Assembly (NCBI GenBank): GCA_963753835.1
Contig: CAVWDP010000002.1
Location: 611,578-675,577, forward strand
DNA length: 64,000 nucleotides
Origin: an uncultured Bacteroidales bacterium
GTDB lineage: Bacteria; Bacteroidota; Bacteroidia; Bacteroidales; B18-G4
Direction: 5' to 3'
The notes beneath the pieces are model-generated. The model was given only the letters and a program-made list of their open reading frames with translations, was not told where the DNA came from and searched no databases. Below, in pieces: positions 49,756 to 58,811 of the stretch; position 1 is the stretch's first letter, and the number at the start of each line of letters is the position of its first letter. A program made the position numbers and the translations under genes.

Positions 49756-50601
49756 TTAGTTAAGTCGTATGAATGTGTAGGTGATAAATCCTATTTGAGT
49801 CTCCTTGGCATTTAGGTCGGGTTCAAATTTGGATTTTAAAGCTGCTTTTATTGCTTCATCAACAAGCGATTTGCTTGAATTATTTGATCCTTTCATTTCA
49901 AATACAGCATTTGTGACTTGCCCGGATCTGTCAACATAAACTTTTATCTTGACCGTCCCTACTTCATCAGAAGTATATACCGGTTTTACAAGTTCCAATG
50001 CTCCCCTTCCCCCCAACTCATATCCAATACCTTCATCCCCTTTACCTGCCCCTTCATAATTTTTGGCATCAATAGTACCATCAGGTTTTCCCTGGTCGCC
50101 GGGCTGCCCGGTCTCTCCCTGGTTGCTTCCTTCACCATCGGTATTGCTGTTGCCTTTGTACAAAGCCCTGTCATTTACTTTTGGAGGTTCAGGCTCGGGT
50201 TCTGCTTCTTTTTCTACTTCTTGCACCACTTCTTCAACAGGGTCAACCACAGGCTGGATGACTTCTTCCTCCTGTTTCTCTTCATCTTTTTCTTCAATTT
50301 CCTCATCCTCAATGGCAGGGGCTTCCTCAATGTCCTGGGTGATTAGATCTTCTTCAGGCTCCGGCTCGGGTTCAGCTTGTGGAGGAGGCTGTTGTGGAGG
50401 AGGTTGTTGTATGGGGGGCGGGGTTTGCTCCTGCACATAACCCATGCCCTGATCACTGCTGCCCAGGTTCACCTCCACGCCTTCTTCGCCCGGAAGGGGA
50501 AGGGGTGTGGACAGGGCAAAATAAAGTATGGCCAGCAAAGCCAGCAAATGGAACCCTACTGTCCCAACAATACCTTTAAAGTGGTTATTCTTTTCGCTCA
50601 T
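49756..50601 (-). CDS. tonB: TonB-family energy transducer
   Basis: 281 aa. N-terminal TM, Pro/Glu-rich linker (PPPIQQPPPQQPPPQAEPEPEPEE) and a TonB C-terminal domain. Confidence 0.85.
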   Translation of the reverse strand: MSEKNNHFKGIVGTVGFHLLALLAILYFALSTPLPLPGEEGVEVNLGSSDQGMGYVQEQTPPPIQQPPPQQPPPQAEPEPEPEEDLITQDIEEAPAIEDEEIEEKDEEKQEEEVIQPVVDPVEEVVQEVEKEAEPEPEPPKVNDRALYKGNSNTDGEGSNQGETGQPGDQGKPDGTIDAKNYEGAGKGDEGIGYELGGRGALELVKPVYTSDEVGTVKIKVYVDRSGQVTNAVFEMKGSNNSSKSLVDEAIKAALKSKFEPDLNAKETQIGFITYTFIRLN

Positions 50602-50602
50602 T

Positions 50603-51016
50603 TTATCGTTTTGGCTTCGTAGCCAGGATTACCTTGTGTTTGGTATTATACTTTTTGTTGATGTTGTTCACGGCATCGATCACATTAACCACATATTGTA
50701 CAGGTACGCTTTTGTCGGACCGAAGTACGACGGAAGCATCGATCTGACCTGCGATCTTTGAATCGATCCTGTCTTGCAATTGTAGCTCACTCACCCTGTT
50801 TTCATCAACGAAGTACTGATACTTCTCATTAATATAAATGGTCACTGATTGCTTGGCCATGGTCTTGCTGTTACTGTTGGGCAACAAAAGCTTGATGGCA
50901 TTAGGTGCGACCAGGGTTGAGGTCAGCATAAAGAAGATCAATAGCAGGAATACCAGGTCAGACATGGATGCCATGCTGAATTCCGCTTTTCTTTTATTTC
51001 TTGTCTGAATAGCCAT
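50603..51016 (-). CDS. exbD: ExbD/TolR biopolymer transport protein
   Basis: 137 aa. SMSDLVFLLLIFFMLTS TM followed by a periplasmic domain. Confidence 0.9.
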   Translation of the reverse strand: MAIQTRNKRKAEFSMASMSDLVFLLLIFFMLTSTLVAPNAIKLLLPNSNSKTMAKQSVTIYINEKYQYFVDENRVSELQLQDRIDSKIAGQIDASVVLRSDKSVPVQYVVNVIDAVNNINKKYNTKHKVILATKPKR

Positions 51017-51026
51017 AATGCCTCTT

Positions 51027-51716
51027 TTAGCTTGCCGGTTCGTTCAGCAGGTCCATAAATTCAGTTGACCTGGCTTCAAGCAGATAAACCAGTTTTTCAA
51101 CCTTTGCTACCAGGATGTTATAACAAACATAGGCCAGGATACCCACGATCAGGCCTCCCACGGTAGTGATCATGGCCTGGTAAATTCCTGTCGACAAAAG
51201 GGCAATATCAATGTTATTTCCGGCCATCGACATATCATAAAATGCAATGATCATACCAATGACGGTTCCGAGGAAACCCAACATAGGTGCTGCACCGGCA
51301 ATGGTCGCCAGCCCTGCAACATTCTTTTCGAGCCTGGAAACCTCCAGCTTCCCAACATTTTCGATGGCAGCGTTGATATCGTTCAATGGCCTGCCAATCC
51401 TCATCAGTCCTTTCTCGATCATCCGGGCTATCGGGCTTTTGTTGCTTTTACACAATGCGAGGGCCGAATCAACCTTTCCGCCTTTAATAAAGTCGCGGAT
51501 GTTGTTCATGAAATGGCGGTCTTCCCGAGAAGCTTTGTTGATCGTGAAAAATCTTTCGATAAAGATGTAAACAGCAATGATGGAAAGCAGTCCCAGAATG
51601 GCCATGATCCAGCCACCTTTGAGAATGAGTTCATAAATCGTGAGTGTGATCTCCGTGGGTTCCATATCGGCAGCTCCTGCCGCAGTTTGAACCTGTAATA
51701 AATAGCTTATGATCAT
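51027..51716 (-). CDS. exbB: MotA/TolQ/ExbB proton channel protein
   Basis: 229 aa. The conserved C-terminal TM pair contains APMLGFLGTVIGMI. Confidence 0.9.
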   Translation of the reverse strand: MIISYLLQVQTAAGAADMEPTEITLTIYELILKGGWIMAILGLLSIIAVYIFIERFFTINKASREDRHFMNNIRDFIKGGKVDSALALCKSNKSPIARMIEKGLMRIGRPLNDINAAIENVGKLEVSRLEKNVAGLATIAGAAPMLGFLGTVIGMIIAFYDMSMAGNNIDIALLSTGIYQAMITTVGGLIVGILAYVCYNILVAKVEKLVYLLEARSTEFMDLLNEPAS

Positions 51717-51947
51717 CTTTAAAATTATTTGCTTTAAATGTAGATAGAACTTGATCCGGGCAACAGGGATTTAGGCCCCATTTTTTAACACTATACTGTT
51801 AATATTAACTGATTCCGGGCTGTTTTATTATACGTATGAACAGACTTTCCTGCCTTGGATTTTGTTTGTTGTAAATCAGTTCTTAATAAAGTTATTTATA
51901 TATGTTTCTAAATAATAGATATATGCTTTGCAGTCTTAAAATATTTA

Positions 51948-51955
51948 TACTTTTG
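51948..51955 (+). promoter_or_regulatory. -7 box TACTTTTG upstream of nhaD
   Basis: TAnnTTTG 27 nt upstream of the ATG at 51983. Confidence 0.45.
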
Positions 51956-51982
51956 CAGCCATAAATCTTAAAACTTTCTTCT

Positions 51983-53432
51983 ATGTTTTTATTAATGGTT
52001 ATCATCTTTATCCTGGGATACACAGCAATTGCGCTGGAGCACCCTATTAAAGTGGATAAAGCAGCATCAGCCTTGCTTACAGGAACCATCCTTTGGGGAT
52101 TGTATGCATTGAATTCGACGGGAATTTTAGGCCTGGATCTAAGCCCATCGTGGCAGGCAGTAAAAGATGTCAGTCATGATGTGATGGCATTTATTTACCC
52201 GGCGATCGATCATGTCAGGTTCGACAGACTCTGGGAAGGCCCTGCAGAACTCTCACATCATATTTCTGAATTTGTGGTTCTTGACCTTGAGCATCACCTT
52301 GTTGAAATCTCTCAAATTCTTTTCTTTTTGTTGGGAGCCATGACCATTGTTGAAACAGTTGACCAGCACCAGGGATTCAAGATCATTACCGACCGGATCA
52401 GAGCGACCAATAAGGTCAGGCTGCTCTGGATCCTCAGCTTCCTGACTTTCTTCATGTCAGCTACACTGGATAATCTGACCACAACTATTGTGATGGTTGC
52501 CTTGCTGAGAAAGCTTATTGATGATAAGAAAACGAGGTGGTTTTTTGCCAGTATGGTGGTTCTGGCAGCTAATGCCGGAGGTGCATGGTCGCCCATCGGG
52601 GATGTGACAACGATCATGCTATGGATCGGTGGTCAGGTAACCACAGCCAATATTATCATGTATGTCTTCATTCCAAGTATGGTAACCATGATTGTACCCT
52701 TGCTTATAGTAACCTTTACTGTGAAAGGTGATGTACAACGGCCTGTGCTGGAAAATGGGGAACATCATGAATTTACGAGCGCCTTTGAGCGGAGGTTATT
52801 ACTGATCATGGGAGTTTCAGCATTACTTTTTGTTCCTATTTTTAAAACCGTTACCCATCTTCCACCCTATATGGGGATGCTCTTTGGCCTCGGTGTGATC
52901 TGGTTGGTGACTGAGATTATGCACAGGAACAAACCATTGGAAGACAGAAGAAAGCTTACTGTTATTGGCATCCTGAAGAAAAGTGGATGTCCCTACAATA
53001 TTCTTCTTCCTCGGTATTCTTACGGCAGTTGCTGCATTGCAGTCGATGGGCCACCTTGATGTACTGGCGAAATACCTCGATGAAAACCTTCACAATATAT
53101 ATGCGATCAACCTGATCATTGGTGTCCTTTCAGCAATTGTCGACAATGTGCCACTGGTTGCCGGAGCTATGGGAATGTATCCATTGGCTGAGGCTGGTTC
53201 AGTAGGATATTTAGCTGACTTTGTAGTAGATGGGAAGTTCTGGCAGTTCCTGGCTTATTGTGCCGGAACAGGTGGTAGTATCCTGATCATTGGTTCTGCT
53301 GCAGGTGTTGCAGCCATGGGACTGGAAAAGATCGATTTTATTTGGTATATGAAAAGGATTTCACTCCTTGCATTGGCAGGATATATTGCAGGTGCTGCAG
53401 TATACTATTTCCAGATGCAGATCATTGGATAG
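51983..53432 (+). pseudogene. nhaD: NhaD-type Na+/H+ antiporter, one frameshift in the gaaaag run near 52975-52985
   Basis: ORF 1 ends ...RRKLTVIGILKK then garbled sequence. ORF 2 resumes as DVPTIFFFLGILTAVAALQSMGHL in another frame. Together they give about 480 aa with a typical NhaD/ArsB-fold layout. Confidence 0.75.
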
Positions 53433-53436
53433 ACGG

Positions 53437-53579
53437 TCCCTCGACTTCGCTCGGGATGACAACGGCTAAAGTGTTTTGAGAAAGAAGGGCGCGACACACA
53501 TATTGAGACTTTCAATGGTGTGTCGCGCCCTTTCTTGTTTTATTTAAGAGAACTTGTCACTCCGAGCGAAGTCGAGGGG
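53437..53579. repeat. 143-bp nested palindrome (MITE/REP-composite-like) between convergent genes
   Basis: Outer arms tccctcgacttcgctcgggatgac (53437-60) and gtcactccgagcgaagtcgagggg (53556-79). Inner arms agaagggcgcgacacac (53483-99) and gtgtgtcgcgccctttct (53518-35). Central ATTGA-gactt-TCAAT. Confidence 0.85.
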
Positions 53580-53600
53580 CTCCCAAACGGAGGCTTTTTT

Positions 53601-53632
53601 TATATCAAATATCAAGTATCAGATATCAGATT
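53601..53632. repeat. Stutter repeat (atatcaaatatcaagtatcagatatcagat)
   Basis: Overlaps the last codons of anmK. Shares an inverted 13-mer with 48387-48425. Confidence 0.6.
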
Positions 53633-54701
53633 TCCGGAGGCATGAGGGTTTTATTATAGATCCTGCACTATGATCCATTCCCGCCCCGGTAACTGATCCA
53701 AGAACATTATTGATACCTTCCAGTCTGAGCAGGCCAAGCAAAGCGAAGATCATGGCTTCCTTGTATTCGATAAGGCTTGGTTCCGGAATATGGATGTCAA
53801 TCTCAGCATGATGCTGAATTCGATCTATAAGAAACTCATTATAGGCCCCTCCTCCACTAACTAGCATGGTTTTTCCACCGTCAGAAACAGCGGATGATAT
53901 CCTCAGGGCAGCATGCTCGGTAAAGCTTGCCAGAAGATCAGGGATGTTGTAGTTTTTGTATTTCTCGATGATAGGAAAGACTTGATCTGTTACCCATTCT
54001 CTGCCCAGTGATCGGGGGCCATGAAGCTTATAGTATGACAAGGATTCCAGTTCAATGAGCAGGGTAGGGATGATGGTTCCGCTTTTGGCCATGCTCCCCT
54101 TATCATCATATGAATTTCCTGCCTTTTCAGCGAGCATATTAAGGACCATATTCGCCGGACAGATATCGAATGCTACCCTTTGCCCCAGATGTTCATAAGA
54201 GATGTTGGCAATGCCTCCGATGTTAAGACAATAGTCGTATTCAGAAAAAAGAAGATGATCACCCAGGGGAACCAGTGGAGCTCCCTGCCCACCCATCTCA
54301 ACATCCGTGCTCCTGAAGTCATTCACAACTGTTAATCCACATATTTCCGCAATATTTTTGCCATCACCGATCTGTATGGTTATTTTTTGAGCCGGATCAT
54401 GATGGATCGTGTGCCCATGTGAAGCAATAAAATCAGTCTTCAAGGCATATTTTTTTATGAAATTCAGAACAGCTCGTCCGATATATTCACCAAGCTCAAG
54501 GTCTGCAGTACGGATGTCAGCCTCATCGGCTTCAGGCAGGTTCATCAGGCGTGTTACCCAGGCTTTGCTATAAGGAATGGTTTCAGCTTTTTCTATTGTG
54601 TACGACCATTTGTTACCTAGATGATTGAATATACAATAGGCCAGGTCAAGGCCATCATGTGAGGTCCCCGACATTATTCCTATACCACGGAAGGTTTTCA
54701 A
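53619..54701 (-). CDS. anmK: Anhydro-N-acetylmuramic acid kinase
   Basis: 360 aa. GIMSGTSHDGLD N-terminus, NIGGIAN, and a GGGAYN-type motif. Confidence 0.9.
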   Translation of the reverse strand: MKTFRGIGIMSGTSHDGLDLAYCIFNHLGNKWSYTIEKAETIPYSKAWVTRLMNLPEADEADIRTADLELGEYIGRAVLNFIKKYALKTDFIASHGHTIHHDPAQKITIQIGDGKNIAEICGLTVVNDFRSTDVEMGGQGAPLVPLGDHLLFSEYDYCLNIGGIANISYEHLGQRVAFDICPANMVLNMLAEKAGNSYDDKGSMAKSGTIIPTLLIELESLSYYKLHGPRSLGREWVTDQVFPIIEKYKNYNIPDLLASFTEHAALRISSAVSDGGKTMLVSGGGAYNEFLIDRIQHHAEIDIHIPEPSLIEYKEAMIFALLGLLRLEGINNVLGSVTGAGMDHSAGSIIKPSCLRKSDI

Positions 54702-54711
54702 AGTAATTGTT

Positions 54712-55989
54712 CTATAATGCTTTCAATAAGCTTTCTAATGCGATTCCCCTCGATCCTTTTATCAGAACATGGGTCTCCTTCAAGGGGTTATTCTTCATCC
54801 AGGCTGCTGCTTCCGTTGTATTAGAGAATACCATGATATTGTCAATTGAACAGGCCTTTACGAATTCAGGTCCCACAAGGATCACCCTACTGAACTTGTC
54901 AGCAATTTCTGAAATGATCTTCTTATGTTCAGCCTGGGATTCATCCCCCAACTCCAGCATATCACCCAGGATCAAAACTTTATTCCTGGCATCCAGTTTT
55001 TGAAAATGACTGATCGATACCGACATGCTTGAGGGGTTGGCGTTGTATGCATCCAGGTAGATTTTGTTAGATCCGCTTTGTAGTAGCTGACTCCTATTAT
55101 TTTCAGGTATATATGACGCAATAGCTTCAACAATATCGGACGGATCAATATCAAAATACTTCCCGATACAAATGGCTGCCATTACATTCTCAAAGTTATA
55201 ATCACCGTAAAGGTTTGTTTCTATGGGTTGATTTTGCCACATAAGCTCCAGGAAAGGTAGCGATTTTGTGAGCAGTGCATTCACATCAGAATGAGGATCA
55301 GCGCCATAAGTAACTTTTGATAGCGGTGATGCGAGCTTCATGAGCAGCGGGTCGTCTAAATTTACAAATGCTATACCACCGGTATCGAGCAGATGGTCAT
55401 ATAATTCAGATTTTGCCCTGATCACCCCTTCAAGACCCCCAAAGCCTTCCAGGTGGGCTTTCCCTATGTTTGTAATCATTCCATGTGTGGGTGCAGCAAT
55501 ATTACACAAATCAGCAATTTCTCCTACATGGTTAGCCCCCATCTCTATCACCCCAATTTCATCATCAACACTCATATTGAGTATCGTCACCGGAACACCT
55601 ATATGGTTATTCAGATTACCAATGGTGGCAAGCGTTTTATACTTTGTTGCCAATACCCGCCTGATCAGTTCTTTTGAGGTTGTTTTGCCATTGGTGCCGG
55701 TAAGAGCAATGATTGGAATATTTATTTGTTTTCGATAGTAAGTGGCCAGGTCCTGCAAGGCTTTCAGCACATCTTCCACAAGAAAGAAGCCTTCACCAGC
55801 ATTATATCTCTCATCATCGATCACAGAGAGCATGGCGCCTTTCTCCAGGGCCTCAGCTGCATACATATTACCATCGAAGTTCTCTCCCTTCAGTGCAAAA
55901 AACACAGATCCTTCGGTAATAAGTCTTGAATCGGTGCTTACGCCTGTTGATTGCCTGAAATATTTATATAGATCTTCGATCATGCTCAT
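54712..55989 (-). CDS. murF: UDP-N-acetylmuramoyl-tripeptide--D-alanyl-D-alanine ligase
   Basis: 425 aa. GTNGKTTSKE P-loop, the Mur ligase domains, and DAYNANPSSM. Confidence 0.9.
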   Translation of the reverse strand: MSMIEDLYKYFRQSTGVSTDSRLITEGSVFFALKGENFDGNMYAAEALEKGAMLSVIDDERYNAGEGFFLVEDVLKALQDLATYYRKQINIPIIALTGTNGKTTSKELIRRVLATKYKTLATIGNLNNHIGVPVTILNMSVDDEIGVIEMGANHVGEIADLCNIAAPTHGMITNIGKAHLEGFGGLEGVIRAKSELYDHLLDTGGIAFVNLDDPLLMKLASPLSKVTYGADPHSDVNALLTKSLPFLELMWQNQPIETNLYGDYNFENVMAAICIGKYFDIDPSDIVEAIASYIPENNRSQLLQSGSNKIYLDAYNANPSSMSVSISHFQKLDARNKVLILGDMLELGDESQAEHKKIISEIADKFSRVILVGPEFVKACSIDNIMVFSNTTEAAAWMKNNPLKETHVLIKGSRGIALESLLKAL

Positions 55990-56057
55990 TGTTACAAATA
56001 TAAAAAAACCCCATCCTTAAGCGAAGGATGGGGTCGTATATTTTTCAGGATACATTA

Positions 56058-57548
56058 TTATTTTCCGGGCATTGGGCTTCCCACCCTTGACATTGCACAA
56101 CGGAATCCAATAAAGTTTGTTGCTACATTTTCGTTCATAAACCTGCGCTGACCCGGGCTGAGGTAATAGGCCCTGTCTTTCCAGGAACCTCCTTTATATA
56201 CACGGGCTTCATCACTGATCAGTGATGTTGCTCCATATTCGTACATGCCGTTGGTTTGGTTAGATTGTGTTGGTTCTGAGAGCCAGTCGCCGCTTTCTGA
56301 TAGATGCGACATCTGATCGCCATCACCATAGTTCCTGTTATCAGCTTTGCGATAGTTTTGCCTTCCAACAAGTTCTTCATCGGTTACTTCTTCGTACCTG
56401 ATCCTACCAAGGCTGTCTTTATCAACCAGGAAACCATCCTGATCGCGTACAGCATTTTTAAAGACATTCCCCCTGTATGGGTTATAGTCTGAAAAGTCTT
56501 CAAGGGAGAGAGGTCTGTAGATATCAAGAACCCATTCGCTGACGTTTCCACCCATATTATACAAACCATAATCATTAGGCCAGTATGAGCCAATTGGGGC
56601 AGGGATGTCGGCACCGTCATTCAGGTTGCCTGCAACACCCATATAATCACCGCGGCCTCTTTTGAAGTTAGCCACAAAGCTTCCGTAATATTTCTTCTCG
56701 TCGGTACGGGTATAATTTCCGTTCCAGGGGTATCTTCTTCTTTCAACAACTCTTTCATAAAGTGTATTACCAATCAGTCCAAGAGCAGCATATTCCCATT
56801 CAGCTTCTGTAGGGAGCCTGTAACGGGGACTGATGAGCCCATCCTGGATACTGGCATTCCTTTCCCCGGTAGAGTTGGGGTTCAGGTTGCGGAGTGGCTT
56901 GTTTACGAGTCCTTCGTACTGGCCTGCAAGGTAAGCTTCCGTGTTAAAGTTGTTTTCATTCTTCTGGTCAGGATCGAGATCAAGGATGCCTTCCTGGATC
57001 AATACCCACTCATTTACCCTGTCGGTCCTCCATGAACAGTAGTCGTTGGCCTGGAGCCATGTAACACCTACTACCGGATAATTATGGTATGCAGGATGAC
57101 GCAGGTAAGTTTCAACGAGTGGCTCATTGTATGAAAGCCTGTCGCGCCATACCAGGGTGTCAGGCAGTGCATTCACAAATACCTGTGGGTAATCGGCTCC
57201 GAAGATCCGCTTTAACCAGTAAAGATATTCGAGATAATCAAGGTTGCTGACCTCAGTTTCGTCCATATAAAAAGAAGCAATGGTCACTCTGCGTGGGAAG
57301 TTGTTCCAATCGAACATGAGATCTTCCTGCGTGGAGCCCATAACAAATGTACCGCCTTCAATAAGGATCAGTCCGGGACCTGTAAATTGTTCCCTGACCT
57401 CGGAAACTTCAAATCCGCCATTTTCAGGATTGTTGTATTCCCAATTGGTGGTCCTGGAGTATTGTTTCTTCTTGAAAAAACTGCAGGACGATAATGATGC
57501 GATGAAAATCATCATCAGGAAAACAAGGGCTAATCTGCTGTACTTCAT
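56058..57548 (-). CDS. gldJ: Gliding-motility/T9SS lipoprotein GldJ (SUMF1/FGE-fold)
   Basis: 496 aa. Lipobox ASLSSC. The sulfatase-modifying-factor-like fold motifs run through the protein. Lying next to murF and porU matches the arrangement I recall for Flavobacterium johnsoniae. Confidence 0.75.
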   Translation of the reverse strand: MKYSRLALVFLMMIFIASLSSCSFFKKKQYSRTTNWEYNNPENGGFEVSEVREQFTGPGLILIEGGTFVMGSTQEDLMFDWNNFPRRVTIASFYMDETEVSNLDYLEYLYWLKRIFGADYPQVFVNALPDTLVWRDRLSYNEPLVETYLRHPAYHNYPVVGVTWLQANDYCSWRTDRVNEWVLIQEGILDLDPDQKNENNFNTEAYLAGQYEGLVNKPLRNLNPNSTGERNASIQDGLISPRYRLPTEAEWEYAALGLIGNTLYERVVERRRYPWNGNYTRTDEKKYYGSFVANFKRGRGDYMGVAGNLNDGADIPAPIGSYWPNDYGLYNMGGNVSEWVLDIYRPLSLEDFSDYNPYRGNVFKNAVRDQDGFLVDKDSLGRIRYEEVTDEELVGRQNYRKADNRNYGDGDQMSHLSESGDWLSEPTQSNQTNGMYEYGATSLISDEARVYKGGSWKDRAYYLSPGQRRFMNENVATNFIGFRCAMSRVGSPMPGK

Positions 57549-57587
57549 GATTTTGTTCTTTCTTTGGTATAATTTGTGACTTATTAA

Positions 57588-58592
57588 CTAAAACCGTGGG
57601 CAATTTATTGCCTTGATGCGCCTTCTTTTTTGATCTAAACAATTAAATCGCCATCCAAGTGACACTTCATGAGCGCCACCGGTGGTGCTTTTTAAGTTGG
57701 AAAGGGTGTAATCATAACTGTATCCCACCTTCAATCCTTTCCACTCTAACCCTATCATCGGAATGATGGCATCGGCATTTTCAAAATTATGCCTGAACCA
57801 TGCACCGGCAATAAAAGGTTTATAATTTATGTACAAACCTACATTTAATTGGTGAAAGTTATCCTGTTGCATGTAAAGAAAATTTGGTGAGATAGAGAAT
57901 TTACCATAATCTTCATCCTGTATCGTCCTGCCTGTGAGGTCGATAAAGACTCCGCCATGCACAGTAAACTTCATATATAGTTTGCTCGAATTTGTATTAT
58001 AAAATGCATTACTAGGTTCTGTAAGATGATGAACAGCTACCCCACCATATATATTTCCTTTGTAAGAAAAAGCAATACCCGCATCAAAATCAGGATATGA
58101 AATGCTGTTATTGTCGGGAGGTAGTTCGGATGTTGGATTCACAACCCCCTGGTTGGGATCGATCATGTCACCAAAAATAAGGTTATCCCACTGAAGCCTT
58201 GATTGAATGAAGCTGGCCTCCAGGGCGAAATTGATATAGGTCCAGTTTCCTACCTGCAGCCTGTAAGAATACATGGCACTGATGATATTGGTATTCAGAA
58301 GGTCGCCCGCATTGTCGCCAATAAAATATACGCCAACCCCACCATGGATCTTAGATACGTACATATCGAAAGAAGCACTGTAGGAAACAAAGTTATTAGC
58401 CAATGATGGCCACTGGTTCCTATAGCTCATCGACAGTTGCGGGCATACATTTGATCCGGCTAAAGCAGGATTCAGGTATAGCTGATTTGCATAAAACTGG
58501 GAAAAGTGAGGATCAGGCAGAGATTGCCCATGGGTGTTTATAAATACCCCCAGTAATAAGAGCGATATGAGAATATGAGTTTTACGGGTCAT
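57588..58592 (-). CDS. PorP/SprF-family T9SS membrane protein
   Basis: 334 aa. DPHFSQFYANQLYLNPALAG N-terminal signature followed by a beta-barrel pattern. Confidence 0.85.
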   Translation of the reverse strand: MTRKTHILISLLLLGVFINTHGQSLPDPHFSQFYANQLYLNPALAGSNVCPQLSMSYRNQWPSLANNFVSYSASFDMYVSKIHGGVGVYFIGDNAGDLLNTNIISAMYSYRLQVGNWTYINFALEASFIQSRLQWDNLIFGDMIDPNQGVVNPTSELPPDNNSISYPDFDAGIAFSYKGNIYGGVAVHHLTEPSNAFYNTNSSKLYMKFTVHGGVFIDLTGRTIQDEDYGKFSISPNFLYMQQDNFHQLNVGLYINYKPFIAGAWFRHNFENADAIIPMIGLEWKGLKVGYSYDYTLSNLKSTTGGAHEVSLGWRFNCLDQKRRRIKAINCPRF

Positions 58593-58811
58593 TGTATATT
58601 CAAAAATGATCCTGAAAAATTAGTTTACAATATTACAAACATTTTTTATTTTCCTCATGTAAATAATTGTCTCAACAGCCTTAATTTCGCAATATTAACT
58701 GAACTAAAACGTTTAAAAATGTAATTTGGATATACTCTATTGTATATTTTTACAAATTTGCCGGTTGGTTCCATAGCCTCCGATCTAATAAATGGCCTTA
58801 ATTTCTAGCAT

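Noticed and set aside
49918-50622. Plus-strand ORFs opposite tonB (Cys/Gly- or Ser-rich)
   Set aside because: They are antisense translations of the Pro/Glu-rich TonB linker, a compositional artefact.
53581-53600. Terminator hairpin ggctcccaaacggaggc plus T7 after the nested palindrome
   Set aside because: Only about 4 bp pair cleanly. The T-run may still contribute to termination together with the large palindrome, but I do not annotate it separately.
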